Source: an uncultured Thermococci archaeon
GTDB taxonomy: Archaea; CAYQAE01; CAYVLA01
Reading direction: 5' to 3'
Length of the DNA: 37,222 nt
Assembly: GCA_964549615.1 (NCBI GenBank)
Contig: CAZJVP010000055.1
Span: 1 to 37,222 of the forward strand
Part shown: piece by piece, positions 1 to 10,122 of the stretch
Position numbering within the stretch: position 1 is the first letter of the stretch
How the letters are laid out: every line of letters begins with the position of its first letter
Program-made: the position numbers and the translations under genes
The notes under the pieces: generated by a model
Database searches by the model: none
Told to the model about the DNA's origin: nothing
What the model saw: the letters and a program-made list of their open reading frames with translations, nothing else

Positions 1-1
1 C

Positions 2-1498
2 TTTAGGACAGCAGAGGGGAGGGCGGCATGGTATCGACGCACGGACTTCGGCGTTGCCCTGGAGGAGGCCGGACCCGACGGACGGGCCAGGCTCGTGGTC
101 GGCAGGGTCGAGGGGGTCAACTGGGCGAAGACGGCTGGGTCAATACCCGGATGGCTCGCATACAACGCGACCCACATATTCGGCCTGGATCCCTCCAAGA
201 CCTACGTCCTGCTGGGGACAGAGAGGAGCTCGGATGTCCCGCACATATCGGCACTGCCCGCGAACCTGATGGTGGTCAGAACGACCAACGCCTCGTCGAT
301 GTTCGGCGTCTCATTGGCAGGCGATGAGAGGCCGGTCTTTGACTTCATCGAGCAGATTGCCTCCTCGTCCGCGGAGGTCGTCTGGCAGAACGGGTCCAGA
401 AGCCAGCTCTGCTGCGGGGCAACATGGCGGGCAGGGGTGCTTAGCTGCGGTGGCCAGAGCAAGCCGGCCATCTACTGCATGCCGCCGGGAAACGGCCTTG
501 GCGCGACGATCGCAACCTACATGATCATGATTCCCGATGGCGGCGCACGACTCAGGGCCTTCTTCGGGTTGACCGACTTGGTGAGGCCTGGGAGCAGCGA
601 TGGAGCAACCTTCAAGATCTCGGTCGGGGAGGCCACCTTGCTGCAGCTGCACCATGCCAACAGGTCGTGGGTGGAGGTGGACCTTGACCTGTGCCCGTAC
701 TCGGGACAGACCATCGAGATCGTGTTCTGGGTGGGGCCCGGGCCGAACAACGACGCCCGGTTCGATCTGGCCGCCCTGGGAAAGCCGGAGCTGTTGCCCT
801 ACGTGCCCGACCCCGTGGCCTTCGACATCCTCTGCCCAACCGGCCACAGTGGTTACGTCCAGGAAGGGGTGATCTCGGTCGCAGACCTGGAGGGCTTTCC
901 CGGGGCAACGAGGATCACGGGCCGCCTCCCGTTGACGTACGTTCTTCTCTTTCGAGACGCAACTCCCGTCGCTCTGCCCTTCAGCCTGACGGAGGCTCCC
1001 TTCGATGTCAGGGTGGTAAGGGGAGACGTTGAGGAGGAGCCTTCGGGGTATGCTTCCTGCCATCGAACCGTCATAAGCTGCGGAGGAGTGCCCAAGGAGG
1101 GCCTTTTCGAACACACTCCGCCTTCGGGTGCTACCTGTGCGATCTTCCTTCTGGACCTGCCCCAGGGAAAGCTCGCGCTTGAGACCGCAATCGGGATTGC
1201 GGACGGCTCACTGTCCACCGGCGTGCTATTCATAGTCAGGGCCAACTTCAGGGAGGTAGCCCGTGTGGAAATGCTGCCGTCGTACTGGAAGGACCTCACC
1301 GTCGACCTCTCCCCATGGGCGGGCGGGAAGGTGCTGTTGGCCCTTGAGACGGATCCCAATGGAATGGACTACTACGACTGGGCTGCCTGGGGAGAGCCGC
1401 GCATAGTCGCCGTCTCGGAGATCTGGCTTCTTTCTCCCGCAGCCCCTCTGGCCATGATCCTGCGGTTTAGCAGCCGGCGACAGAGAGGTCCGGCTTGA
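2..1498 (+). CDS. 5'-truncated secreted/surface protein with two tandem NPCBM/NEW2-like carbohydrate-binding domains and a C-terminal hydrophobic/basic tail
   Basis: The frame is open from base 2 (FRTAEGRAAWY...), so the start lies outside the window. Two related domains end 'WVEVDLDLCPYSGQTIEIVF...DLAALGKPEL' and 'WKDLTVDLSPWAGGKVLLAL...DWAAWGEPRIV'. The tail reads VSE-hydrophobic-RRQR. Confidence 0.7.
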   Translation, partial: FRTAEGRAAWYRRTDFGVALEEAGPDGRARLVVGRVEGVNWAKTAGSIPGWLAYNATHIFGLDPSKTYVLLGTERSSDVPHISALPANLMVVRTTNASSMFGVSLAGDERPVFDFIEQIASSSAEVVWQNGSRSQLCCGATWRAGVLSCGGQSKPAIYCMPPGNGLGATIATYMIMIPDGGARLRAFFGLTDLVRPGSSDGATFKISVGEATLLQLHHANRSWVEVDLDLCPYSGQTIEIVFWVGPGPNNDARFDLAALGKPELLPYVPDPVAFDILCPTGHSGYVQEGVISVADLEGFPGATRITGRLPLTYVLLFRDATPVALPFSLTEAPFDVRVVRGDVEEEPSGYASCHRTVISCGGVPKEGLFEHTPPSGATCAIFLLDLPQGKLALETAIGIADGSLSTGVLFIVRANFREVARVEMLPSYWKDLTVDLSPWAGGKVLLALETDPNGMDYYDWAAWGEPRIVAVSEIWLLSPAAPLAMILRFSSRRQRGPA

Positions 1499-1548
1499 CA
1501 GGCCGATCCCCTCCGTCAACCAGCAGAACCCGGTCCAGACCGTGGCTA

Positions 1549-2301
1549 TCATCGGACTCCGCGGCGAGAATTCGGGACCCATAGATCGTCATCGGTTATG
1601 CCGTATCTGCGAAGGATCGGGACGATCAGACGATCGTTGCCGATATTCTCAAGAATGTGTGCATCGGAGCCTATGGAAAACTTCACCCCGACCTCCTTGC
1701 AGATGCCCAGGAACCTTCCGAGGAACACCTCGTCTATGGCGCAGATCCTGGGGCTTAAGTCCATCGCGATCGCATTCCTCTTGGCCTGTCTCAAGGCCTG
1801 CCTGAGGTCCCTGTCCTCGATCAACGATAGAACCTCATTGAGTCGCGGTATCTGTCCATATGCGAAGGGGTGCGCCACAGCATCCGCAAAATCCACGAGA
1901 ACCGATTCCTTGAATGACTCCAGAATCCACGAAGCTTGCGACTCCAGCGACTGCTGGGCGAACTGGGGAACGTCACGCGAGCGGGGATAGTGGCTGGGCG
2001 CCAGCAGGCAGAAGTCCAAGATGGTTGACCGCATTTCCTCAAGGGCGTCCCTGGGCCACCCAGTATGCACGGACGCCTCGGTGCCTACATAGACCATGAG
2101 GTCGGGTTCTGCCTTGGCGATCTCCTCCCGGGTCTGCCGGACCCTCTCGGCCATGTTCACGGGATCGAAGTGGTCTACGAAACCGATCTTGAGGTACCCT
2201 TTGGATTGGAAAGCCTCTATGGCTGCATGGGTAGTCATACCCGCATCCCGACGACGATGCACGTGGAAATCGACTTTCCCGATAAGGCTCGGAGAAGACA
2301 T
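1549..2301 (-). CDS. PHP-domain metal-dependent phosphoesterase (histidinol phosphatase-like)
   Basis: PHP motifs DFHVH, VDH, AHP and GSDAH are present. ATG at 2301 is preferred over 2346. Confidence 0.85.
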   Translation of the reverse strand: MSSPSLIGKVDFHVHRRRDAGMTTHAAIEAFQSKGYLKIGFVDHFDPVNMAERVRQTREEIAKAEPDLMVYVGTEASVHTGWPRDALEEMRSTILDFCLLAPSHYPRSRDVPQFAQQSLESQASWILESFKESVLVDFADAVAHPFAYGQIPRLNEVLSLIEDRDLRQALRQAKRNAIAMDLSPRICAIDEVFLGRFLGICKEVGVKFSIGSDAHILENIGNDRLIVPILRRYGITDDDLWVPNSRRGVR

Positions 2302-2473
2302 GATGGGCGGCGCTCCTTCGCGTCGGCTGATATGTCTTTGGGGCATATCACGGAAGTTTGGCGCGAAGCGTGATCGGCGTCATGCAACCCGTCACATCCC
2401 CGGACCCAGCGCTGCCCGGCGCGCCCAACAGAGCTTTATCAGTCGCCTGACACATGCAGAATCCGGCGGAAAC

Positions 2474-3718
2474 ATGAGAAACGGCGCCATGTTCTGTGCG
2501 GTCGCTTCGGCTCTCATCATGATGGCGGTAGTGGGATTGGGCCAGGAGAAACCCTCGAAAATCAAGATCCTCGCAACCGGGAAAGCGGAGAGCACCCCGA
2601 TCCTTGCCGTTTGGTTCACCACCGAGCCCTCCACCGATGCGACGGTATTTCCCACCCGGGAGTGGGGCGCCGTCAACCCTTCTGACATCCGACGCTATAT
2701 GAGGCTCTACTTCCCCAGGACCTTCGACGGCCTGCTGGAGTACGAGTTCATCTTCCTGGCGCAGGTTGACATGACCTTCTTCACGCTTGAGCAACAGAAC
2801 TGGCTGTACGATGCCCTCACCAAGTATCCCAGGGCCGGGGTGAACACAAGGAGCATCATCAGCGCCAACAGCCCGCTCTACGAGCCATGGAGGGCGAGCA
2901 TCCTCTCCACGGCGTTCCCCAACGACGTGGAGGCGGTCATAGCGGATAGCAAGAACTTCCAGGGCGTGGCCGGACCTCTCATCATAAAAGATGATGCTGG
3001 CCTGCCCAACATCATGAAGCCCTTCAAGAGCATGATCGAGCCCATCTTCCCGGCCTACGGAGGCCTGAACACGGTGCCCAAGCCAGGGTCCGTGATACTG
3101 TCATACACCAAGAACACCAAGGGGGTCGGGTCGCCCATACCCGGCCAGATTGCCCACGTCTTCTACTGGAAGTGGAACAACTCGATCACATTCACATTCA
3201 GGGACATGGTATATGACGCTTTCTGGAGCCCGAAGGAAAGCTCTGTCTCCAACCCCTACTCGCTCGATATCGTCGCCAACCTAATCTGGTTTGCAACGGG
3301 CAGGCAGCTGCCCGAGGACCCGATCAAGGTTCATCAGTACAGGCGGCTCGTGTACGATTTCAACATTCAGAGGATGCTCCTGTTGAGCCTACTTGACTTC
3401 GCCGAGAAGTTCGGTGCCAACCCGGCCAAGCAGTATTCGCGGCTGGAGCGCGTCGATGAGGTCGGACGGAACGCGGCAGGGCTCTATCTCGAGAGTGACT
3501 ACGATGGCGCGTACGACGTGATGAAGGAGGCGATGAGCCAGTTAAAAGATCTCGACGAGAGCGCGGCGAAGCTGAAAGACAGGGCCCTGATGTGGGTCTA
3601 CCTGGTTGAATGGTCCGTAACGACTGCGGTGCTTCTCGTTGCCGGCGTAGTCCTGTGGACACTGATGGTGAGAAGGGCTCTCTACCGGGAGGTTGCGGCC
3701 ACAAAGTGGGCCAGATAG
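2474..3718 (+). CDS. Membrane-anchored extracellular protein (signal peptide, possible class I glutamine amidotransferase-like fold, helical stalk, C-terminal TM)
   Basis: ATG 2474 follows a TTTATC box at about 2435. The N-terminus is a hydrophobic signal (MFCAVASALIMMAVVGLG). The C-terminal TM WVYLVEW...LWTLMV is followed by RR. Confidence 0.7.
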   Translation: MRNGAMFCAVASALIMMAVVGLGQEKPSKIKILATGKAESTPILAVWFTTEPSTDATVFPTREWGAVNPSDIRRYMRLYFPRTFDGLLEYEFIFLAQVDMTFFTLEQQNWLYDALTKYPRAGVNTRSIISANSPLYEPWRASILSTAFPNDVEAVIADSKNFQGVAGPLIIKDDAGLPNIMKPFKSMIEPIFPAYGGLNTVPKPGSVILSYTKNTKGVGSPIPGQIAHVFYWKWNNSITFTFRDMVYDAFWSPKESSVSNPYSLDIVANLIWFATGRQLPEDPIKVHQYRRLVYDFNIQRMLLLSLLDFAEKFGANPAKQYSRLERVDEVGRNAAGLYLESDYDGAYDVMKEAMSQLKDLDESAAKLKDRALMWVYLVEWSVTTAVLLVAGVVLWTLMVRRALYREVAATKWAR

Positions 3719-3832
3719 CGAACGAAACGACACTCATGTGAGGCTTGGATGCAATGGATGTCCTGCAATCGCCGCCCCCTCCGCAATCAGGCCTTACCGC
3801 CTCAATCCTTGACAAACGTGGAGGCGTGAACG

Positions 3833-5035
3833 GTGGCTGAAGGTCTGGCCATCACGAAGAGAACCGCCTACCTCGCGGTCCTCACGATGGGCATCGTGAG
3901 CATGCTCGGAGACATCTGCTACGAGTCCGGCAGGGGCATCGCGCCCGACTACCTACGGTTCCTCGGGGCATCCGCGTTCATGGTCGGCGCGATAAGCGGC
4001 GCCGGCGAGTTCATCGGGTACGCGATGAGGCTTGTGTCGGGCAGCCTTGCCGACAGGACCCGAGCCTACTGGCTGTTCATCTTCCTCGGCTACGGCCTGA
4101 TAGCGTCAATCCCACTCATGGGCCTCACGTCCACCGTCGAACTCGCCATGGCCCTTCTGCTGCTTGAGCGACTGGGAAAGGCCCTTCGGTCTCCCTCTCG
4201 CGACACGGTTGTCTCGATCGTGAGCAAGGGCATGGGCTCAGGCAAGGCGTTCGGCCTCCACGAAGCCATAGACCAGGTCGGCGCCATAATCGGGCCGCTC
4301 ATCCTGGGCGCGATCATGTTCTGGACCGCGAACAACTACTCCACGTCATTCCAGTTCCTGTTCATTCCGTACGCGTTGATGGTCGCCGCGTTGTTCTACG
4401 TTTACAGGCAGGTTGGCGGGACGGTCGAGTCCGCAGCGAAGAGCGCGTCGGAAGGGGGCGGATCGCTGGGCCGTGGGTTCTGGCTCTACTGCGCGGCGAT
4501 CCTCCTCAACACCTTCGGGCTCATCCCCGTGGCGCTCATCCTGTTCCAGGGATCATCGATCCTTCAACCCCAGGGATTGCAGTGGCTGGTGCCCATACTG
4601 TACGTTGCGGTCCAGATCGTCGACGCGCCGATGGCTTTGGTGGCCGGCTACTTCTTCGACAAGATGGGGGTGAGAATACTGGTGGTTCCATTCATCCTCT
4701 CGGTATTCCCGGCGTTTCTCGTTTCGTACGCTGGGATCGTCGGCGTCGTCGCCGCATGCCTGGTCTACGGAGTCGTCCTCGGCATGCAGGAGTCCGTCTA
4801 CCGCGCAGCGATCGCGGACATCATACCTCTCGCCAGGCGGGGCACGGCATACGGCATCTTCAACACCGCCCTGGGCGTGGGCACGCTCGTTGCGGGCGCC
4901 GTTTTCGGGTTCTTCATCGACAAGGGTTATTCCGCATACCTGCTCGCCGGATTTGCGCTCGTGCTGCAGGTGGGCGCCCTTCTCGTCTTGATTGCCGACA
5001 AGGAGGTCATCAGACGCTCACCCGAGAGAAGCTAG
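3833..5035 (+). CDS. MFS transporter
   Basis: 400 aa with about 12 hydrophobic segments. Motif A-like GSLADRT and GYFFDKMG; RRGTAYGIFN. Confidence 0.9.
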   Translation: MAEGLAITKRTAYLAVLTMGIVSMLGDICYESGRGIAPDYLRFLGASAFMVGAISGAGEFIGYAMRLVSGSLADRTRAYWLFIFLGYGLIASIPLMGLTSTVELAMALLLLERLGKALRSPSRDTVVSIVSKGMGSGKAFGLHEAIDQVGAIIGPLILGAIMFWTANNYSTSFQFLFIPYALMVAALFYVYRQVGGTVESAAKSASEGGGSLGRGFWLYCAAILLNTFGLIPVALILFQGSSILQPQGLQWLVPILYVAVQIVDAPMALVAGYFFDKMGVRILVVPFILSVFPAFLVSYAGIVGVVAACLVYGVVLGMQESVYRAAIADIIPLARRGTAYGIFNTALGVGTLVAGAVFGFFIDKGYSAYLLAGFALVLQVGALLVLIADKEVIRRSPERS

Positions 5036-5267
5036 CGTTCGGCGCCTTGTCATCGCGAGCTCTCTGAACACGGAAACCCCGGCGTTCTCTGCTTGAGGGC
5101 GGCTCCGGTGAGGGCTTCGCCAGCCAAATGTTCGCCGAGCCGACGGACAAAGAAGCGCCAATGTGCACCGTGCGCCCGGGCTCCCACGGCATAGGGGCCC
5201 GTAAGATACCAGATGGCACCGGGATCTCCATGGCTACATTGATATCCCCCGAACGGTGTGCGGGTCC

Positions 5268-6410
5268 ATGGACAAGCTCAAAGTCGGCCTCGTCGGCGCT
5301 CCGAGGGGTAGTTCCTTCGTTCCCGCATTCCGGTCCATCCCCGAAACCGAGGTCGCGAGCATCTGCGACATAGATGCCGGCCGGTTGACCGAGATCGCCG
5401 ATAGGTTCGGCATCCCGCACAGGTACACCGACTATGAGAGGATGTTGCAGGGGGAGGACCTGGACATCGTCGTGGTGGCAACCCCCATGCAGCTGCATGT
5501 CCCGCAGTCGGTCGCAGCGCTCGAGAGGGGCATCAACGTGCTCAGCGAGGTCACCGCCGCCGTCTCACTGAAGCAGTGCGAAGAGTTGGTGACAGCGGTC
5601 AGGTCAAGCGACGCGAAGTACATGATGGCCGAAAACTACATCTACATGCGCCCTAACGTCCTCGTTGGCAGCATGGTAAAAAAGGGCCTCTTCGGGGAGG
5701 TCTACTTCGGCGAAGGGGAGTACATCCACGACGTCAAACACATGCACCACGATGCACAGGGCCGACACACATGGCGAACGATCTGGCAGGTGGGCAAGAG
5801 GGGCTGCACCTACGGCACCCACAGCCTTGGGCCCGTCCTGGAATGGTTCGACGATAGAGTCGCCTGGATAACATGCACCGGGTCTGGGGTTCATACAAAC
5901 CCCGAGCACCCGCACGATGACACCGTGATCATGCTGTGCAAGACTACGCGCGATGCCCTGATCAAGATCCGCCTCGACATGATGTCCAACCGCCCCCACA
6001 ACATGGTCTACTACTCGATCCAAGGGACGAAGGGCTGCTACGAGGCACCCCGCGGCTTCGGGGACGACCACAAGGTCTGGCTTGCGGATTTCTCGGAGGG
6101 TAAGGTCCAGTGGCGATCACTTTGGGACTTTCAGGAGGAGTTCCTGCCCGAGATGTGGAAGAACCCCCCCGAGGATGCTTTGCGGGCCGGCCACGGTGGG
6201 GGCGACTACTTCGAGATCCGCGACTTCGTCGACAGCATACTCAGGGATGAAAATCCCAGGATCGACGTCTACAGAGCCATGGATTTCACCGTCCCCGGCC
6301 TCGTATCCGAGAAATCCATCCTCAACTACGGCCAGGCCTTCACGGTCCCTGACTTCAGGAAATGGGACGGAAAGGAGAGCGCGGAAGACCTGGTGAGGCC
6401 CCTGAACTAG
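5268..6410 (+). CDS. Gfo/Idh/MocA family NAD(P)-dependent oxidoreductase
   Basis: N-terminal Rossmann fold KVGLVG, VATP..LH, VLSEV, YMMAENY, and C-terminal GHGGGD. Confidence 0.9.
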   Translation: MDKLKVGLVGAPRGSSFVPAFRSIPETEVASICDIDAGRLTEIADRFGIPHRYTDYERMLQGEDLDIVVVATPMQLHVPQSVAALERGINVLSEVTAAVSLKQCEELVTAVRSSDAKYMMAENYIYMRPNVLVGSMVKKGLFGEVYFGEGEYIHDVKHMHHDAQGRHTWRTIWQVGKRGCTYGTHSLGPVLEWFDDRVAWITCTGSGVHTNPEHPHDDTVIMLCKTTRDALIKIRLDMMSNRPHNMVYYSIQGTKGCYEAPRGFGDDHKVWLADFSEGKVQWRSLWDFQEEFLPEMWKNPPEDALRAGHGGGDYFEIRDFVDSILRDENPRIDVYRAMDFTVPGLVSEKSILNYGQAFTVPDFRKWDGKESAEDLVRPLN

Positions 6411-6435
6411 GTTTTGCCGCGGAACACCACAAGGG

Positions 6436-8583
6436 CTAGGCCTTGACCGTGATCGCTTTCCAAGCCGCGGCCGTCCGTCCAGCCAGATCCACGGTGGCGG
6501 CCCTTAGGCGATAAGCCCCGGGCTGGCTCAACCTGAAGCGGATCTTGACGTTCCAGCCACCGCGATGCTTCTTGATCGAGCAGGGGCAGGACGGATTCAT
6601 GAAAAGGTAGTCCTCCTCGCCGGGACCGAAAAGCTCCCACATGACGACAGCGTTCCGGTACACGCCCTCCGAATCTGCCCCGGTCGAGTAATAGACCGCG
6701 GCCGACCCCGGCTCGACCACCGCAGTCGCGACCACGTCCATGGGTGCCCTACCCGTCTCCCTAGAGAGCTCCAACTCAAGTCTCGGTGGAGTCCCGTCCG
6801 GACGTGCTGGTCTCCGCGGTCCGCCTAGCGACCTCTCCGATCCGCCGCTTAGTACCCGCACATCCCCGTCCTCGCCTATCCGGACGATCTCCCTATAGCC
6901 GCGGAGATCAAGGCCGGGCAGATCCCAGGCCAGATCGAAGGCAACGCCCAACCTGATGAGTCTCTCGATCTCCGTGAAGAAATTCCCCATCACCACGCGG
7001 TGCTTGACCCCCTTTGAGTTGGGCCGCTCGAGGTTCAGCTCCCCCAGCCCCCACAGGTTGCCCCTTCCCATGTCAACGTGTCCAAGGTTGTACCCCGCGG
7101 GAAGCAGGACGAGCACCTCCGCTGCATTCCTCAGGGCTTCCGCGTCGCGCAGCGGGTGGTTCTCCACGTGTCCTCGAAGGATGCGGGAAAGCGCCAGATA
7201 CTCGCGGCGTGGAACGCACGCCAGTTGGTGGGAGTCCCAGTAGAAGAAGAACTGGGCCCCAAGGTCGTATGCATGGGTGAGAAGCCAAGGCGCGTCCGCC
7301 CGATCCACCTGGCCGTAGATGCTCACGCCCCATGCCTTCTTGGTGAGTCTCGCGGCGCCGCGAAGAAACCCGAAGATTATGCTCGCCAAGGCCTTGGGAT
7401 CGTCCACCGGGATCTGGCACCCGTAGGCCATGTCCATCTCTGGGAGAGTCCTCATAGTGCCGAAACGCCCGGGGGGCTCGAATACGACTGCGCAGGGCGG
7501 GCCGTGCCTCTCCTGACCCAGCTGCCAAGCAGCGGTGCTCACCATTGTCTCCCAGCTGAACACGTTCTGCTGGAGGAACCACATATCGCCCAAGTCCAGA
7601 TCCTCACGGGACCTGAGGCCTCTGATCAGATGGGTGGGAGTCCCATCGCGGTTGGCCTTTCGGAAGTATGCGATGAATTCCCCAAGCACCTTTTCGACCG
7701 TCAGCTCCCTGCGCAACGCGGGGTCGTTCTCCAGGCTCGGCTTGATGACGTGGTCCCTGGTGCAGACGGCCGGTTCATCCAGGAAGATCTCAGGTCCCAG
7801 GTAGTTGCTTCGATACAGTTCCTCGGGGAACTTGATGTCGCGTGCACCCGGGCCCCAGTAGAACACGTCCCGGGATCTGATCCAGCCGGCCTGCTCCGCA
7901 TCAACCCTGAAACAGTTCATGCCAGCGTCGATCATCTCGTCGAAGTCGGTTGGCGCAAGGCGGACGTACTCGTAGTCCGATCCGTCGTAGCGTCGGGCAT
8001 CGTCCCTGACTTTCGTGTTGTGTGGGACCCCCACGAGCACGTCGGGCAGGAGCTTGATCACCCTGGCCCGGGGCGGGCGGAGGTCGCCACCTCTTCCGCG
8101 ACGTGACAGACGGTAGACGTGGCCCAGGTAAGCCATCTCCTTCGGGAATGTCCGCCCCCTAGGAGGTCGGAGAGAGCGAGGTATCAAATGCCTCCAGGCC
8201 CCCAAGCAAGGCAGCACCGCCCGGCCCGTATACCTGTGCGAGAACTCGACTGCCTCTTCTCCCCCCTCCTGTAGCACATACCGGGCGATATCCCGATGTG
8301 CCCCCGCGAGCGATCGAGGTGGATAGGACTTGGTCAGCAGCCAGAAGCGGTACTCGTCCCCGTTGGCCTTCGTGGCATGCACGCCCAACCACTGAAGCCG
8401 CCGCGCCCCCACCTTCTCGGCGGTGCCGAAGACCAACTCAAACGCCTTCACCGAAGAGGGGGGAATGCGGTCCTTCTCGGGATGTTCGTAGGTCGCACTC
8501 AGCCCGGGGGGCCCGAGCGGCTCGCGCAAGGCATGCACGGGCCGTCGCTTGACGAGGGGACGTCGATTCACGACCCGCACCAT
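6436..8583 (-). CDS. Large hypothetical protein; central region resembles a glycoside-hydrolase-like TIM barrel, with a C-terminal Ig/PKD-like domain
   Basis: 715-aa ORF. Motifs AGMNCFRV, FLDEP and FFYWDSH; beta-rich tail FRLSQPGAYRLRAATVDLAG. The fold call is inference. Confidence 0.6.
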   Translation of the reverse strand: MVRVVNRRPLVKRRPVHALREPLGPPGLSATYEHPEKDRIPPSSVKAFELVFGTAEKVGARRLQWLGVHATKANGDEYRFWLLTKSYPPRSLAGAHRDIARYVLQEGGEEAVEFSHRYTGRAVLPCLGAWRHLIPRSLRPPRGRTFPKEMAYLGHVYRLSRRGRGGDLRPPRARVIKLLPDVLVGVPHNTKVRDDARRYDGSDYEYVRLAPTDFDEMIDAGMNCFRVDAEQAGWIRSRDVFYWGPGARDIKFPEELYRSNYLGPEIFLDEPAVCTRDHVIKPSLENDPALRRELTVEKVLGEFIAYFRKANRDGTPTHLIRGLRSREDLDLGDMWFLQQNVFSWETMVSTAAWQLGQERHGPPCAVVFEPPGRFGTMRTLPEMDMAYGCQIPVDDPKALASIIFGFLRGAARLTKKAWGVSIYGQVDRADAPWLLTHAYDLGAQFFFYWDSHQLACVPRREYLALSRILRGHVENHPLRDAEALRNAAEVLVLLPAGYNLGHVDMGRGNLWGLGELNLERPNSKGVKHRVVMGNFFTEIERLIRLGVAFDLAWDLPGLDLRGYREIVRIGEDGDVRVLSGGSERSLGGPRRPARPDGTPPRLELELSRETGRAPMDVVATAVVEPGSAAVYYSTGADSEGVYRNAVVMWELFGPGEEDYLFMNPSCPCSIKKHRGGWNVKIRFRLSQPGAYRLRAATVDLAGRTAAAWKAITVKA

Positions 8584-8594
8584 CCGCCAGGGCC

Positions 8595-9536
8595 TTAGAG
8601 GATGTCCCTGAGATAGATCTTGTGCTTGCCCAGCTTACCCCCGTAGTTTCCGGCCGAGATCCGAACGACGCCCGGGATGTCCTTCGCGCTCACGATCGCC
8701 GCCTTCATGGCCCGCCGGACCAGGTCCAGATTCATCCCGTTTATGACGATCTCGGGTATGCTCTCCACGCCGCTCGGGACGGCGGAGTCCTCGATCCTTC
8801 CTCGCAGGGTCGGGCAGTATGGGTGGTTGGTGGTGGGGCCGATCTCGGGGTACTTGGTCTCGACCTTCGATCCGGCCGAGCATATGTCGAACGATGTGAT
8901 CACCCCGTCCATGCCGGCCAGGGCATCCACCGCCCTGTCGCCCGCTTCCAAGGCCGAGTCCACCGAACTGCACATGAACCAGACGTTGCCCCCCATGACT
9001 CCCACGTCATATCCCATCTCGCTCTCGATCAGGAACTCGCCCATCATGAGAGGGATGTTTATCATCTTCCTACCGAACCTCTCCTCAACCCACTCGTAGC
9101 CGTCCCCGCAGTGGCCGACGCGCTCCATCATCCCGATCTTCTTTTCGGACTCAAGATGGTTGAAGATGCGCGTTGTCGGGACAACCAGTATGCCCTGCCT
9201 AATCCGCTTGCTTATCTCGAACTCGAGGGTCCCGGCAGTGGTCTGGTAGGGTTTCCAGCTGTAGCCGCACTTGGGACATCTGGACAGTTTGGGCCTACCT
9301 ATCCAGATCTGGATGATCGCGCCGATCCTTCCGTCGGGCGTCTCATCCGCGCCAACCCACCTCTCGATCCCGCCCTCCGACTCGCCGAAGACGGTGCAGG
9401 GAAGGGATGTGGCGGCGGTGGCCGCCCTCTCCAGCCGCTTCCTGTCCCGGGCGGTCACGAGCATCCTCGAGAACAGGCCGTCGAACGCCTCACAGTACGT
9501 GTCCTCGACCTCTATCTTGCCGACCTTCAGGGCCAT
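8595..9536 (-). CDS. ftr: Formylmethanofuran--tetrahydromethanopterin N-formyltransferase
   Basis: Ftr signatures [44 protein letters not shown] and [11 protein letters not shown]. Confidence 0.93.
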   Translation of the reverse strand: MALKVGKIEVEDTYCEAFDGLFSRMLVTARDRKRLERAATAATSLPCTVFGESEGGIERWVGADETPDGRIGAIIQIWIGRPKLSRCPKCGYSWKPYQTTAGTLEFEISKRIRQGILVVPTTRIFNHLESEKKIGMMERVGHCGDGYEWVEERFGRKMINIPLMMGEFLIESEMGYDVGVMGGNVWFMCSSVDSALEAGDRAVDALAGMDGVITSFDICSAGSKVETKYPEIGPTTNHPYCPTLRGRIEDSAVPSGVESIPEIVINGMNLDLVRRAMKAAIVSAKDIPGVVRISAGNYGGKLGKHKIYLRDIL

Positions 9537-9720
9537 GGCACCGCATCGCTGCCAAGCTCTATTAAATTCCTCGGAGCTCCGAAGCCCGGCGGATGCACAT
9601 CGCTTGGTGCTGGATTCGGGAGGTCTTTACAGTTGCTCCGTTGAACGTCTTGGGAGACGTCAAGCCCCGGGTAGGCCGGGTGGAAGAAATAAATGTCCCG
9701 AGGCATCCTATCGCTGCCGG

Positions 9721-10122
9721 ATGCAATCGGACCACGCCGACCGAAACCTTCGCGGCGCGGGCGGACCTTCGGGACTTGCAGAGATTCTGCGCAGAAAGGC
9801 TGAGAGAGAAGCACAGCTGAGAAAATCGCTGGCTTCGATCGTTGGTCAGCTCAAGGCCATGGGCGCGCTGATGATCGTGCTCTTCGGCTCCCTCGGCAAG
9901 GAGGAGATCGACGTCAGAAGCGACCTGGACCTGCTAGTCATCATGCCTGCGGACAGGAGCGGCAAGGAGTGGTCTCGGCTGATATACGAGAAGGTCGAGA
10001 GAGGGGTTGACTCCGACATCGTGGTCTACAATCAGGAAGAGTTCAGGGAAATGATGCTGACAAGCAGCTTCGTCAGGGAGGTGCTCGACTCGGGGAGGGT
10101 CGTCTATGAGAGGCCGCCATAG
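9721..10122 (+). CDS. Minimal nucleotidyltransferase (MNT) antitoxin-like protein
   Basis: LFGS-x10-DLD motif. AATAAAT box about 27 bp upstream of ATG 9721. Overlaps the HEPN gene. Confidence 0.85.
   Translation: MQSDHADRNLRGAGGPSGLAEILRRKAEREAQLRKSLASIVGQLKAMGALMIVLFGSLGKEEIDVRSDLDLLVIMPADRSGKEWSRLIYEKVERGVDSDIVVYNQEEFREMMLTSSFVREVLDSGRVVYERPP

Noticed and set aside
8595-9536. ftr as evidence of methanogenesis
   Set aside because: Ftr also occurs in non-methanogenic archaea and bacteria, and no mcr or mtr genes are in the window.
7078-9644. Long antisense or alternative-frame ORFs (e.g. 7078-8106, 8622-9644 and many others)
   Set aside because: They are shadows of real genes, expected at high GC, and have no recognisable motifs.
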